The notes: generated from the sequence alone by a model not told the origin. A DNA stretch of 64,000 bases from Thermoanaerobaculia bacterium (GCA_963666565.1 OY762911.1:2464001-2528000); one strand, 5' to 3'; positions 1 to 9,261 are shown, counted from the stretch's first letter. Program-made: numbers and translations.

Positions 1-86
1 GGTAATGGGATGGTCCGCCCCGCCCTCTACGGCCTCTTGTAGGGCCAGAATGGGTTTTTCCCAACCAACAAGGGAGGAGACGGACC

Positions 87-1145
87 ATGAAGAAGGTTAC
101 TCGAGTCGGTATCGATCTGGGCAAGCGCCTGTTCCAGGTGTGCGCGATGGACTCGTCGGGCGCGGTGGTGTTTCAGCGTCAGGTGAAGGCGTCGGGGCTG
201 ATGGAGTTGATGGTGCAGCTCGAGCCGTGCCTGGTGGGCATGGAGGCGAGCTGCGGCGCGCACTACTGGGTGGAGAAGCTGAGCGCTCTGGGTCACGACG
301 CGCGGATGATGAGTCCTCAGTTCGTGCGGCCTTACGTGAAGTCGAACAAGAGCGACTACCACGACGCGGAGGCGATCTGCGAGGCGGTGTCCCGTCCGAC
401 GATGCGTTTCGTGCCGTACAAGACGAAGGAGCAGCGTGCTCTTCAGCAGGTTCATCGGAGCCGGGAGGCGGCGCTTCGCCGTCGCACGCAGTTGGTGAAC
501 CAGTTGCGGGGATTCCTGGGCGAGTACGGGATCGTGCTGCGTCAGGGCCGGGCGGTGGTCATGCGGGCGGTGCCCGACATCGCGAGCGACGCGGAGCGCG
601 AGCTGCCGGGTCAGTTTCGCGCGCTGCTGTGGATGCAGTACGAGGCTCTGATGCAGGTCCACAAGGAGGTCGAGGACCTGACCGCGATGCTGGTGCGGGA
701 GTCGAAGGAGAACCCTCACTGCCAGCGTCTGATGTCGATTCCGGGCATCGGTCCGATCGTGGCGACGGCGATCGTGGCGGCGGTGGGCAACGGCTGGGCT
801 TTCAGCAGCGGTCGTCAGATGTCGGCCTGGATGGGCTTGGTGCCGCGTCAGGACTCGACCGGGGGTCGCACGGTGCTGCGCGGGATCAGCAAGCGCGGCG
901 ACCGTTACCTGCGCTCGCTCCTGATCCACGGTGCGCGGGCGGTCCTGCGCACGGCGGCGAAGGGCGAGCGAACGCGGCTGAAGGGCTGGGCGCTCGACGT
1001 CAAGCGGCGCCGGGGGCCGAACGTCGCCACGGTGGCACTGGCCAACAAGCTGGGCCGCATCGCCTGGGCGGTGCTTCGCCGCGGCGAGCTGTACCGCGAC
1101 GACCGCCTCGCCGGGTCTCGGCAGAAGGTCTCTCGGGCCGCGTAG
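87..1145 (+). CDS. IS110-family DEDD transposase/recombinase
   Basis: GIDLGK, GMEASC and KSDYHDAEAI (DEDD RuvC-like domain); SIPGIGPI and STGG in the C-terminal domain; GGAGGAG RBS upstream. Confidence 0.96.
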   Translation: MKKVTRVGIDLGKRLFQVCAMDSSGAVVFQRQVKASGLMELMVQLEPCLVGMEASCGAHYWVEKLSALGHDARMMSPQFVRPYVKSNKSDYHDAEAICEAVSRPTMRFVPYKTKEQRALQQVHRSREAALRRRTQLVNQLRGFLGEYGIVLRQGRAVVMRAVPDIASDAERELPGQFRALLWMQYEALMQVHKEVEDLTAMLVRESKENPHCQRLMSIPGIGPIVATAIVAAVGNGWAFSSGRQMSAWMGLVPRQDSTGGRTVLRGISKRGDRYLRSLLIHGARAVLRTAAKGERTRLKGWALDVKRRRGPNVATVALANKLGRIAWAVLRRGELYRDDRLAGSRQKVSRAA

Positions 1146-1425
1146 CAGGCGGCTCGATCCACATCGAATCAACCAAGGAGGATTGCCCCACCAAGTCGTT
1201 GCGAGGACACAACGGAGCGATGGCGAAACAGGTCGGACCGGCGCGTCGAGAGCCTGAACCCGCGCAGGGCCATTCAACAGGCCGTCTGGGTGTACAGAAG
1301 AGACGACGCGCGCGTATTCCATCGGGGCCAGGGAGCTCGAAACCACGAGACGCCCAACAACAGGCCGAATACATGCAAGCAACGACACCTCTCTCGCCGG
1401 AACTCCGGAAAGTGCCCTTGCACAA
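1146..1425 (+). ncRNA. Putative bridge RNA / seekRNA region of the IS1111-type element
   Basis: Non-coding region downstream of the transposase. Stem GCGCGTCG (1241-1248)/CGACGCGC (1304-1311) encloses ACCCGCGCA (1258-1266, reverse complement of the target right flank), a GGCC hairpin, and CTGGGTG (1286-1292, target top strand). Transcript ends are unknown. Confidence 0.75.
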
Positions 1426-1442
1426 GCGGGGCGGACCATACA
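1418..1442 (+). promoter_or_regulatory. -35 half of the IS circle-junction promoter
   Basis: TTGCAC at 1418-1423, a 17-nt spacer, then CA (1441-1442) joined to left-end TAAT (3-6) gives CATAAT only after circularisation. Confidence 0.75.
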
Positions 1443-1579
1443 TGCGCGGGTCTTCTGACCCGCATTCCGCCGAAAGCGGCCGACAGCATCGTCGCCGGCC
1501 TGCGGCCGGCGGCCCTGTTGTCCGGGCTCGCCGCTTCGCGGCGTCGCCCGCGAGCGGGTCGGAAGACCCGCGCACCCAG
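1443..1579. repeat. REPIN-like element: two inverted REP-like palindromes around a hairpin-rich spacer; the left REP is the IS target
   Basis: TGCGCGGGTCTTCTGACCCGC ... GCGGGTCGGAAGACCCGCGCACCCAG; the spacer is homologous, in reverse complement, to 9121-9212. Confidence 0.85.
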
Positions 1580-1591
1580 CGGAGGAGAGGT

Positions 1592-2932
1592 TCAGGGGCC
1601 GGGTTTCGCCGAGCCGCCGAACACGCCGTCGAGAACCGCCCGCACCCGCGGCAGCATCGGATACGTGTCCGGGTCGGACTCCGCCGCCGCGTAGCCGACC
1701 CACACGGCCACCACGTCCCGGACCGGGTTGACCAGCAGCCCCTGGCCGGCCCATCCGCCCTTGTACACGTCGTCGTTCGTGAAGACCAGGTCCCACTGGT
1801 AGACGTTGTGCCGGACGCCGGGCGGCCTGCCGCCGAAGCGGGCGTTCTCCAGCAGTTCCGGCCTGCCGCCGTGGAGGAGCAGGTCCACGTGCTCCTCGGG
1901 CACGATCCGCTCCGCCGACACCTTGCCGTAGCTCGGTGTGAACAGGAGACCGAACCGCGCCATGTCCCGCGGCCGCGCCAGCAGGCCGCCGGAGGTCAGC
2001 GGGATGCCGTAGCGGTTGGCGTAGATCGAGGCGTCCGCCTCGGCGCCGATGCGGGTCCACACATCACGGCTCAGCGCGTCCTGGAACGGCATGCCCGCGA
2101 CCTCCTCGACCAGCCAGCCGATCACGAAGGTGTTCGTGCCCGAGTAGTCGAAGCTCCGGCCCTGTTCGGCCCAGCGGCCGACGTCCAGGTTGGCGAGCAT
2201 CGTGTACGGATCGTCCGGCGTCTTCTCGCTGCGCACGCCGTCGCCGAGCGAGGCCTCGAACTGGTAGTAGCAGGTGCTCCGGTCGCTGTAGTCGCCGTCC
2301 GGGCAGTCGACGCCGGACGCCATGTCGAGCACGTTGCGAACGGTGACGCCCTTGAAGTCGGAGCCGGCGAGCGCGGGAACGTAGCGTTCCACCGGCTGGC
2401 TCGTGTCGACCAGCCCGCGCTGCTCGAGGATCGCCACCAGGGTCGCCGGGAGCACCTTGGTCACCGACCACCAGATCGGCTTCTCGTGCGGCTGCATCCG
2501 CGGATAGCGCTCGAACACGACGTCGCCCCGGTGGAGTACGACGATGCCCATCGTGGTCGAGTGTTCTCCGTGCAGCCAGGCGTCGAAGGTCGTCTCGCCG
2601 GCCGGCGTCTGCACCGGGAAGTCGGCGATGGCGGCCAGCGGGCGCGCCGCCAGCTCGCTGACCGGCCCGTCGCGGTAGACGTTGACGGTCGGCACGATCT
2701 GGTGGAGGTTGCGGTTGCGCCAGGCCATCGCCTCGCCGGTCTCGGTCCACCAGACCTCCTCGGCGGGGTCGGGCAGGGCGCGGTGCTGGCGCAGGTTCTC
2801 CGCGACGGTCGATGCCGGCTCGAAGACGTCCGTCGGCGGGCTGGCCACCTGGCCCTCCGTCGTCGAAGCGGTTTCATGCGTGCAGGCGGCGGCTACGGCG
2901 AGCGCGAGCGGCACGAAGAGCGCAGGCTTCAT
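1592..2932 (-). CDS. Serine hydrolase, beta-lactamase class C / NylB-like; probable lipoprotein
   Basis: SxxK motif WSVTK, LDMASG, FDYSG, GG...RPRDMARFG and GWAGQ motifs; N-terminal LAVAAAC lipobox-like signal. Confidence 0.88.
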   Translation of the reverse strand: MKPALFVPLALAVAAACTHETASTTEGQVASPPTDVFEPASTVAENLRQHRALPDPAEEVWWTETGEAMAWRNRNLHQIVPTVNVYRDGPVSELAARPLAAIADFPVQTPAGETTFDAWLHGEHSTTMGIVVLHRGDVVFERYPRMQPHEKPIWWSVTKVLPATLVAILEQRGLVDTSQPVERYVPALAGSDFKGVTVRNVLDMASGVDCPDGDYSDRSTCYYQFEASLGDGVRSEKTPDDPYTMLANLDVGRWAEQGRSFDYSGTNTFVIGWLVEEVAGMPFQDALSRDVWTRIGAEADASIYANRYGIPLTSGGLLARPRDMARFGLLFTPSYGKVSAERIVPEEHVDLLLHGGRPELLENARFGGRPPGVRHNVYQWDLVFTNDDVYKGGWAGQGLLVNPVRDVVAVWVGYAAAESDPDTYPMLPRVRAVLDGVFGGSAKPGP

Positions 2933-2967
2933 GACGGCAGTCTTGCATGGAACCTGCCGCCAAAGCG

Positions 2968-3039
2968 TTGCCGGCCTGACGGCCGGCGCGTTGCCTGGCC
3001 GCCTTCGGCGGCAGCGGGTCGGAAGACCCGCGCACCCGG
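2968..3039 (-). repeat. REP-like repeat with two trailing hairpins
   Basis: Reverse complement reads GGGTGCGCGGGTCTTCCGACCCGCTGCCGCCGAAGGCGGCC...GCCGGCCGTCAGGCCGGC, close to the copy at 58651. Confidence 0.85.
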
Positions 3040-3056
3040 CTCTTCGTGACGGACCC

Positions 3057-3983
3057 TCAGAAGTCGTAGCGCAGACCGGCGGAGAGCGCCATGAAGCCGG
3101 TGTCGTCGGTGCCGGTTCGGTACTCGACGGGCTCGCTGCCGTCGGCGCGCAGGTTGGAGACGTGGCTGCGCAGGCGAACGTAGCCGTCGCCGTCTTCGAG
3201 CCGGGAGAAACGGACGAAGCGCGCCGAGACGTCGAGGGTCAGGCGGTCGCTCAGCCCGATCCCCACGCCGGCCAGGATCTGGTAGCCGGAGAGCCGGTCG
3301 CGCAGGGTCGCCTGGGCGAGCGTTACCGTGCCGGCCAGGTTGCGGCGGACTTCCTCTTCGTTGGGCAGGCCGGCCGCGGTCGCGATCGTCGCCGGGTCGA
3401 TCGCCCGCGCCCAGTACGAGGTGTAGTCCAGGCGCATCCAAGCGACGCCGGCGCCGGCGCCGACATACGGTGTCGCGCGGCTCTCGTTGGGGAAGTCGAC
3501 CAGGAGGTTGAGGAAGCCGTGGTGGGCTGCGGCGGTCCCGACCCGTTCCTCGGCGCGCGGAATCTCCGGGCCGAAGATGTCGACGTAGGCCGTGCCGTTG
3601 GGCGCGACGATGTTCGATCGCTCGTCGTAGGCCGCCTGCCTGTGGGCGTACTCGAGTTCGAGCCGCAGCCGCGGCGAGAAGCGGTAGCCCACCGCAGCGC
3701 CCGCGAAGAGGCCCGAGGCGCTGCCGAAGTCGCTGGTCCACCGGTCGACCGCGTCGATGCTCCGGTTCGGATCGGTGCAGCCGGGGAGCAGCGCGTACTG
3801 CGGGTTGACGAAGCCGTCGCAGCGGCTGGGGCGGTCGTTGTCGGCGGTCGCGAGTTGCAGGCCCGGCGCCGCGTTCACTCCCAGGTCGGTCCGGACGTAG
3901 AAGCCAGTCTCGGCGACGGCGGGGGCGGCGGCCGGGGCGGCCGCCAGGACGAGAACGACGGTCGCGGTGCGCTGGATGCTCAT
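3057..3983 (-). CDS. Outer-membrane beta-barrel protein (opacity/OmpA-like)
   Basis: Start reassigned to ATG 3983 (MSIQRTATVVLVLAAAPAAA signal). GFYVR, AVGYRF...LRLELEY, PYVGAGAG and a C-terminal GLRYDF beta-signal. Confidence 0.82.
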   Translation of the reverse strand: MSIQRTATVVLVLAAAPAAAPAVAETGFYVRTDLGVNAAPGLQLATADNDRPSRCDGFVNPQYALLPGCTDPNRSIDAVDRWTSDFGSASGLFAGAAVGYRFSPRLRLELEYAHRQAAYDERSNIVAPNGTAYVDIFGPEIPRAEERVGTAAAHHGFLNLLVDFPNESRATPYVGAGAGVAWMRLDYTSYWARAIDPATIATAAGLPNEEEVRRNLAGTVTLAQATLRDRLSGYQILAGVGIGLSDRLTLDVSARFVRFSRLEDGDGYVRLRSHVSNLRADGSEPVEYRTGTDDTGFMALSAGLRYDF

Positions 3984-4084
3984 GGGCCGCATTCTGCCTT
4001 GCCGCGCTCGGATCGGTCCAGCGGGATCCGAGCCTTGCGGCGCCCCGGCTTTCGCGGTCCAGGGCGTTGTCCGCGCGCGCCGCG

Positions 4085-5359
4085 TCAGTCGAGGGTGCCC
4101 AGGTAGTGCCAGATCGCCTCGAACTGGCGGGCGGCCTCGCCGTCGAAGACGTCGTAGAGCGCCGTGTAGCCGTCCTCGTCGACGAACTGGGGCATCTTCG
4201 TTCCCGGCAGGATGCGCTGCGGGTCGAGCAGGAAGCGGTCGAAGAACGGGCGGCGCAGGCGGCGGCGCACGAGCGCGAAGTCGATGGCCTCCTCCGAGCC
4301 TTCGCCGCCCAGTGCCGGCTCGTCGCCGAGGGCGTGGCAGGAGTGGCAGCCCAGGCGGTCGCCGCTCACCAGGTCGCGGCCGATGGCGGCGAGATCCTCG
4401 TCGACCGGCTCGACGGTCGCGGGCGACGCCGGCAGGCCGTGCTGATGGTGCAGGCCCGCGGCGAGCGCGTCGGCGCGGGCAGCGGCGGTCTGCGCGCCGG
4501 CACGGGCGTCGCCGTCGGGCGTCCGCGCGGACAGGTGCGGCCGCGTCCGATCGCCGGCGTGGCCGGCGAGGAAGTCGGCGAGCCAGTCGCTGCGCAGCTT
4601 CTCGCCGGCCCACGTCAGGTCGGGCGCCGGCAGGCCGGGGCCGGCCTCGTCCGCCTGGCCGGCCGCCGCCGGCAGGGACGCGGCCTCGCCGTCGCGGGCA
4701 TGGCAGGCGAGGCAGCCGCCGTCGCGGATCGCGCGCTCCGCGAACTCGGCCGGCACGAGCCGGCCCGGCGAGGCGGCGCCGACGGCGGCATCGCGTGCCT
4801 CGCGGCGGGCCGCGCCGCGGTCGAACCCGGCCGACGCCGCCCGCCGGAGCGACTCGGGCGGCAGCGGTTCCTCCGGCAGGTAGTCGTTGCTCCAGGTCAG
4901 GCGCAGGGAAGCGTCGCCGCTTGCCGGGCTGCGGTAGACGAGTTCGATGGGGTTGAGGCCCTTGTGCAGCCGCACCTCGCCGTCGGTCGACGCGGGAGCG
5001 CCGCCGGGGGGCAAACTCTCCCGGTCGAGGACAACCTCGCCGCCGACGCTCAGCCGGACCGCGCCCGAGCCGCGCACCGTGAAGCGGTACCGGTCGTTCA
5101 GCTCCAGCTCGACGGCGCCGCGGAAGGTCGCCTCGAACGGCCCGGGGTCCAGGAAGAGGCTGGGGGGTTGGCCGTCCGGGACGTACAGCGCGGCCAGCCT
5201 CGCGGCGCGCACGTCCTCTTCGCCGGTCGCGGCCGAACGGAAGACGAGTTCCAGGCCGGGCTGGTCGAAGCGGCCGGCACGATCGTCGGCCACCTGCCGG
5301 TTGGCGGCGCTGGAGGCGGAGGCCGCCAGCAGCAGGAGCGCCGCCACGGATTTGCGCAA
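4085..5359 (-). CDS. Secreted PA14-domain, di-heme c-type cytochrome
   Basis: C-terminal part of ORF 4085..7810; start approximate (TTG 5359). Signal peptide, PA14-like FEATFRG...YRF...LRLTWS, two CxxCH motifs (CLACH, CHSCH), PGTKMPQF axial Met. Confidence 0.75.
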   Translation of the reverse strand: MRKSVAALLLLAASASSAANRQVADDRAGRFDQPGLELVFRSAATGEEDVRAARLAALYVPDGQPPSLFLDPGPFEATFRGAVELELNDRYRFTVRGSGAVRLSVGGEVVLDRESLPPGGAPASTDGEVRLHKGLNPIELVYRSPASGDASLRLTWSNDYLPEEPLPPESLRRAASAGFDRGAARREARDAAVGAASPGRLVPAEFAERAIRDGGCLACHARDGEAASLPAAAGQADEAGPGLPAPDLTWAGEKLRSDWLADFLAGHAGDRTRPHLSARTPDGDARAGAQTAAARADALAAGLHHQHGLPASPATVEPVDEDLAAIGRDLVSGDRLGCHSCHALGDEPALGGEGSEEAIDFALVRRRLRRPFFDRFLLDPQRILPGTKMPQFVDEDGYTALYDVFDGEAARQFEAIWHYLGTLD

Positions 5360-5376
5360 CTGCTTCGCCCGCGGCT

Positions 5377-7758
5377 TCAGCGGACGCCCGCCAGGATCTC
5401 GCCGCCGGCGCGGGCGCCGAGTTCGTGAATCGTGCCGTGGACGAACTCGCGGATCCGGGCGCCGTCCGCGCTCCGCAGGTTCATCTCCAGGTGGTACTGC
5501 TGCACCGGGAGGATTTCCGGGATCTCGACGAACACCGAGCGCCCGTCGGCCGAGAGGGTCGCGGAGGGGATCGCCAGGACGTCCTCGCCAACGCCGTCGC
5601 CGAGCACCCGGTAGTCCTCGGAGCCGTAGCTGGCCTGCCGCAGGTACTGCCAGATCCGCATCGAGTAGTTGCCCGGGTCGGCGGCGGCGTCCGGGTCGAG
5701 CGCGGCGCTGAAGCGCACGACGATGCCGTTCCGCGCGGTCTCGTAGCCGATCGGGATGCGCAGCGGCGCCGCGGTCCGCCGCACGCGGTAGAAGCCGCCG
5801 GCCTGGGTCCGGTCGCCGGCCCAGGCGAACAGGCCGCAGACGTAGAGATGGTCGTCGGCGGGGTTGAACCGGCCCCGGATCAGGCCGGTCGGCGCGGCCG
5901 CGACGGGCAGTTCCGTCACCGCCGCCTGACGGGGCGGGCCGCCGTCGCGGGGGAACGCTTCGTCCAGCAGCACCGAGAACATCTTGCCGTTGCCGTAGGA
6001 CAGGTAGATCAGCGAGCCGTCGACTTCGCCCCAGCGCTCGCTCCGCACCCGTACCGGCGCCGAGGGCGAGCGGTCCACGTCGTGGTGGATCCAGGTCGCG
6101 GGCCGGACGAAGTCGTCGGGATCGCGATCGGGCTCGCGCCAGGCCCGCATGTAGCCGTGGAAGGCGCCGGGCTCGACCCAGTCGATCCGGTTCTCCGGGA
6201 TCCAGTGCCCTTCCTGGTCGGTGACGACGACGCTGCCGTCGGGATTGACCGCCAGCCCGTTCGGGGCCCGGAAGCCCCCCGCGACGATCTCGGTGCTGGC
6301 GCCGTCCGCGGACACCTTGAGGATCGTGCCGTGCTGCGGCACGCGGGCGTCGAAGTCGTGCCCCGCGCCCTTGGCGTAGTAGAAGTTCCCGTCGGCGTCC
6401 GTCTCCAGGCCGACCGCGAACTCGTGGAAGTGGGCCGAAGCCTGGGCGTCGTGGTTGAACGCCTCGTAGCGATCGGCCTCGCCGTCGCCGTTCAGGTCGT
6501 GCAGCCGGGTGATCTGGTCGCGCGACGTGACGAAGATCTCGCCGCCCCGCGTGTTCACGCCGAGCGGTTCGTAGAGCCCGGTGGCGAAGCGCCTCCAGGT
6601 CGCCGCGCCGATCTCCTCGCCGCCCAGTCCGTCGACGATCCAGACGTCGCCCATCCATGTGGCGACCACGGCTCTCCGGCCGCCGTCGAGAAAGTCGAAG
6701 CCGCCGAGGCGCATCCAGGCGCGGTAGGGGTTGTCGAGCGGCGTCGTGATCGCTTCGAGGGCGAACGGACCGCCGCGGCGGCCCAGGACGCGGCTCTCTG
6801 TCGTCAGGGCCTCGGTCCAGCGCGCGGGGCCGCCGCGGGTCAACGGTTCGAGGTCGACCGCCGGCTCGACCCCGGCCGCCCTGGCCAGGAAGCCCGCGTT
6901 CGACCGGCCGCGCCGCCCGATCGCGATCTTGAAGCGGACCGGTTCGTCGCCGGCCGGGACGAGGAGGCGGAGATGGTCGCCGCCGCCGTTGTCGTCGCTG
7001 CCGACCCACCGGACGCCGTCCGGCGCGCCGATCAGCGCCGCGGCGGTGGGACCGCTTCGCTCGCCGCGGTCCCTGGCGGCCGCGCGGGGCGAGCGGAAGC
7101 CGGCGGCCTCGCTGTCCGTCCAGGCGCGGCCTCCCTCCTGGTGGGCCACCTGGATCAGCAGGTCGGCGTCGCGGGGCCCGACGTTCAGCGTGCGGCTGAA
7201 CAGCCCGCCGCCCTCCGAGGCGCCGAGCTCCAGCACCTCCGCGTCGCCGACGCGGTAGTGCAGCACCACCCGGGAACCGTGCAGGTAGTGGCCGAGCCAG
7301 CGGGCGACGGCGCGGTCCTGCGGTCCGAATCGCCGGCCCCCGCGCCCGACGATGCGCGTGTCCCGGAACCCGTCGCCCGCCCGCGACCAGCCCGGCGCGT
7401 CCGGGTTCGTGAACGCGAGATCGCCCACGATCGCCGGCTCCACCTCGTGCCGGCCGTTGTAGTTGATCGAGTTCCAGTCCATGAAGCCGGGTCCGGTCCA
7501 GCCCGCGGCCCAGCGCAGCGTGTCCGTGTCGAAGAGCAGGAACTCGGTCCCCTTCGCGACCCCGCCGGGGCCGTCGTCGACGCGGATGGCGATGCCCTTG
7601 TTCGCGTTGTTGCCCGGCTCGACGATGTACGAGTGGACCTTGAACGGCCCGTAGTCCATGTCGGACCAGCGGTAGCCCGTCAGCTCCTGGCCGGCGGCTG
7701 CGCCGGCGAGCAGGGTAGCGGCTGCGACCGTCAGGCCGGCGGCGGGCGAGTGTCGCAT
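5377..7758 (-). CDS. Secreted DUF6797-like / sorbosone-dehydrogenase-type beta-propeller protein
   Basis: Signal peptide; KGIAIRV...FDTDTLRW; FATGLYEPLG, DLNGDGEAD and GFRAPNG propeller motifs; co-oriented with the cytochrome c gene. Confidence 0.72.
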   Translation of the reverse strand: MRHSPAAGLTVAAATLLAGAAAGQELTGYRWSDMDYGPFKVHSYIVEPGNNANKGIAIRVDDGPGGVAKGTEFLLFDTDTLRWAAGWTGPGFMDWNSINYNGRHEVEPAIVGDLAFTNPDAPGWSRAGDGFRDTRIVGRGGRRFGPQDRAVARWLGHYLHGSRVVLHYRVGDAEVLELGASEGGGLFSRTLNVGPRDADLLIQVAHQEGGRAWTDSEAAGFRSPRAAARDRGERSGPTAAALIGAPDGVRWVGSDDNGGGDHLRLLVPAGDEPVRFKIAIGRRGRSNAGFLARAAGVEPAVDLEPLTRGGPARWTEALTTESRVLGRRGGPFALEAITTPLDNPYRAWMRLGGFDFLDGGRRAVVATWMGDVWIVDGLGGEEIGAATWRRFATGLYEPLGVNTRGGEIFVTSRDQITRLHDLNGDGEADRYEAFNHDAQASAHFHEFAVGLETDADGNFYYAKGAGHDFDARVPQHGTILKVSADGASTEIVAGGFRAPNGLAVNPDGSVVVTDQEGHWIPENRIDWVEPGAFHGYMRAWREPDRDPDDFVRPATWIHHDVDRSPSAPVRVRSERWGEVDGSLIYLSYGNGKMFSVLLDEAFPRDGGPPRQAAVTELPVAAAPTGLIRGRFNPADDHLYVCGLFAWAGDRTQAGGFYRVRRTAAPLRIPIGYETARNGIVVRFSAALDPDAAADPGNYSMRIWQYLRQASYGSEDYRVLGDGVGEDVLAIPSATLSADGRSVFVEIPEILPVQQYHLEMNLRSADGARIREFVHGTIHELGARAGGEILAGVR

Positions 7759-7814
7759 GTGAGCGGAGGATTCTAGCCGTGCGGTTTTTCGTGAAGGGAA
7801 CGTCGGACACGCGC

Positions 7815-8207
7815 TCAGGGTGGAGAACAGGCGGGCAGGAGCGTCAACCCGCCGTGCGTCGCGAAATGACGGAAGTCCCGATCGCGCGTGACGAGGGGCA
7901 GGTCATGGTCCAGGCAGGATTGACAGATCAACGTGTCCGCCAAGTTGGCGCGCAGTCCCTTCGCCAGAATGGCGGCTCGAAGAGTTGCAGCCCGCTCCCA
8001 GTAGCCGGGTGTCACCTGCAGCACGGGAAGCTGACGGATGAGCGCCTTGGTGTCTTCGTCCGCCCTGGGGCTGCTGAGGAGTTCTGTCAGGACCGGCGGA
8101 GGCAGGACTCCGATACAGAGGATCAACGCCTCCTGGACGGCACTGACGTCAGCCCCTTCGCCTCCTTCCAGGTAGGCGATGAGCGAGCTCGTGTCGAGCG
8201 CGATCAA
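7815..8207 (-). CDS. vapC: PIN-domain toxin (VapC family)
   Basis: IALDTS, VLTELL, LADTLI and LVTRDRDF acidic PIN motifs; 130 aa. Confidence 0.9.
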   Translation of the reverse strand: MIALDTSSLIAYLEGGEGADVSAVQEALILCIGVLPPPVLTELLSSPRADEDTKALIRQLPVLQVTPGYWERAATLRAAILAKGLRANLADTLICQSCLDHDLPLVTRDRDFRHFATHGGLTLLPACSPP

Positions 8208-8222
8208 GGCACTGCCGTGGCG

Positions 8223-8444
8223 CTAGTCTTCCCGGAGCCGCTTCAGGTCGAGATCGAACCGGACCTTTCCGCGCAGAGCACGGAGTTTGCCGTAGGCTTC
8301 GCGCGCGGCAACGAGGTGCAAGCCTTGGCGGACCGTCTCCGTGATCCCGGAGCCGCTCGCCCGACGGGCGCGCTGGAGAAGCGCGTTCGGCACGTGAACC
8401 GTGATCTTCTGGAGTGCTTCGCTCCGGTCTGCCGGTCCGTTCAT
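8223..8444 (-). CDS. vapB: Antitoxin (VapB-like, ribbon-helix-helix)
   Basis: 73 aa; KITVHVPNALLQRA...ITETVRQGL; immediately upstream of the PIN gene. Confidence 0.78.
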   Translation of the reverse strand: MNGPADRSEALQKITVHVPNALLQRARRASGSGITETVRQGLHLVAAREAYGKLRALRGKVRFDLDLKRLRED

Positions 8445-8554
8445 GGGTGCACCGTACCATAGTCGATGCCATGTGGCGTTACGGCATGCGACTCGTTGCA
8501 AGAGAGTTCGCGGCGTGTCATAACCTCCGCCCTCGGAGCAACAGGGAGTTCGCG

Positions 8555-9091
8555 ATGAAGAAGACGGTTCTTTGGCTTGCCGGGGCGGTTGCCGTCCTGA
8601 TCCTCTTCAGCCTCGGCTACGGTGTCGGCTGGTTCGTCCACGCCGCCGGCGTCGGCCGCACGGTGCCGGTCGAGGAACTCTCGGAGCGCGAGCGGGCGTT
8701 CGTCGAGCGGATGCGGAACGTCGACCTGGTCGGCCACTTCACGATCGAGGGGATCGAAGGGCTCGAGGACGTCGAAGGCGTGCAGCGCGACCGGAACCCG
8801 GAGCGCTACGAGATCGCCAGCGTCGCGAAGATCGACGGCCCGGGCGACCGCTGGCGGTTCGACGTGCGGGTCGTCTACATGACGGTGGACGTGACCCTGC
8901 CGGTCGTCGTGCCGATCGTCTGGGCGGGCGACACGCCGATGGTCAGCATCACGGACTTCGAGATCCCGGGCCTGGGCGAGCAGTTCGGCGCGCGGGTGCT
9001 GTTCTACGACGAGCGCTACGCCGGGACGTGGGACCACGGGCCGTACGGCGGGATGATGTACGGCACGATCGAGCCGGCCGCGTCCGAGTAG
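8555..9091 (+). CDS. Hypothetical membrane-anchored protein
   Basis: ATG 8555 with GGGAG RBS; N-terminal TM helix; GC3-biased codons. Confidence 0.75.
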   Translation: MKKTVLWLAGAVAVLILFSLGYGVGWFVHAAGVGRTVPVEELSERERAFVERMRNVDLVGHFTIEGIEGLEDVEGVQRDRNPERYEIASVAKIDGPGDRWRFDVRVVYMTVDVTLPVVVPIVWAGDTPMVSITDFEIPGLGEQFGARVLFYDERYAGTWDHGPYGGMMYGTIEPAASE

Positions 9092-9096
9092 AGACC

Positions 9097-9261
9097 GGGT
9101 GCGCGGGTCTTCCGACCCGCTCTCCGGGCGAAGCCGCGAAGCGGCGCAGCCCGGACAACGAGGTCGCCGGCCAAAGGCCGGCGACGATGCTGGCGGCCGC
9201 CTGCGGCGGCAAGCGGGTCGGAAGACCCGCGCACCCAGTGGGTCAGAAGACCCGCGCACCC
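9097..9261. repeat. REPIN-like element with three REP copies between convergent genes
   Basis: Forward REP 9097-9120, reverse REPs 9213-9236 and 9240-9261; spacer homologous to 1464-1553. Confidence 0.87.

Larger units (their letters stand above)
3..1442 (+). mobile_element. IS110-family (IS1111 subgroup) insertion sequence, complete, inserted in a REP-like repeat
   Basis: Perfect 14-bp sub-terminal inverted repeats ATGGTCCGCCCCGC (10-23) / GCGGGGCGGACCAT (1426-1439), set 7 nt and 3 nt in from the inferred ends. Transposase followed by a ~300-nt non-coding region. Flanks GG|TGCGCGGGTCTTCTGACCCGC rejoin into the window's REP consensus; no target duplication. Confidence 0.92.

Noticed and set aside
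5-3049. 1014-aa ORF and many other long overlapping ORFs (e.g. 9016-12648, 15930-19643, 31218-35969, 54654-58595)
   Set aside because: Arg/Pro/Gly-rich shadow frames or antisense frames of well-supported genes, as expected at this GC content; no family motifs.
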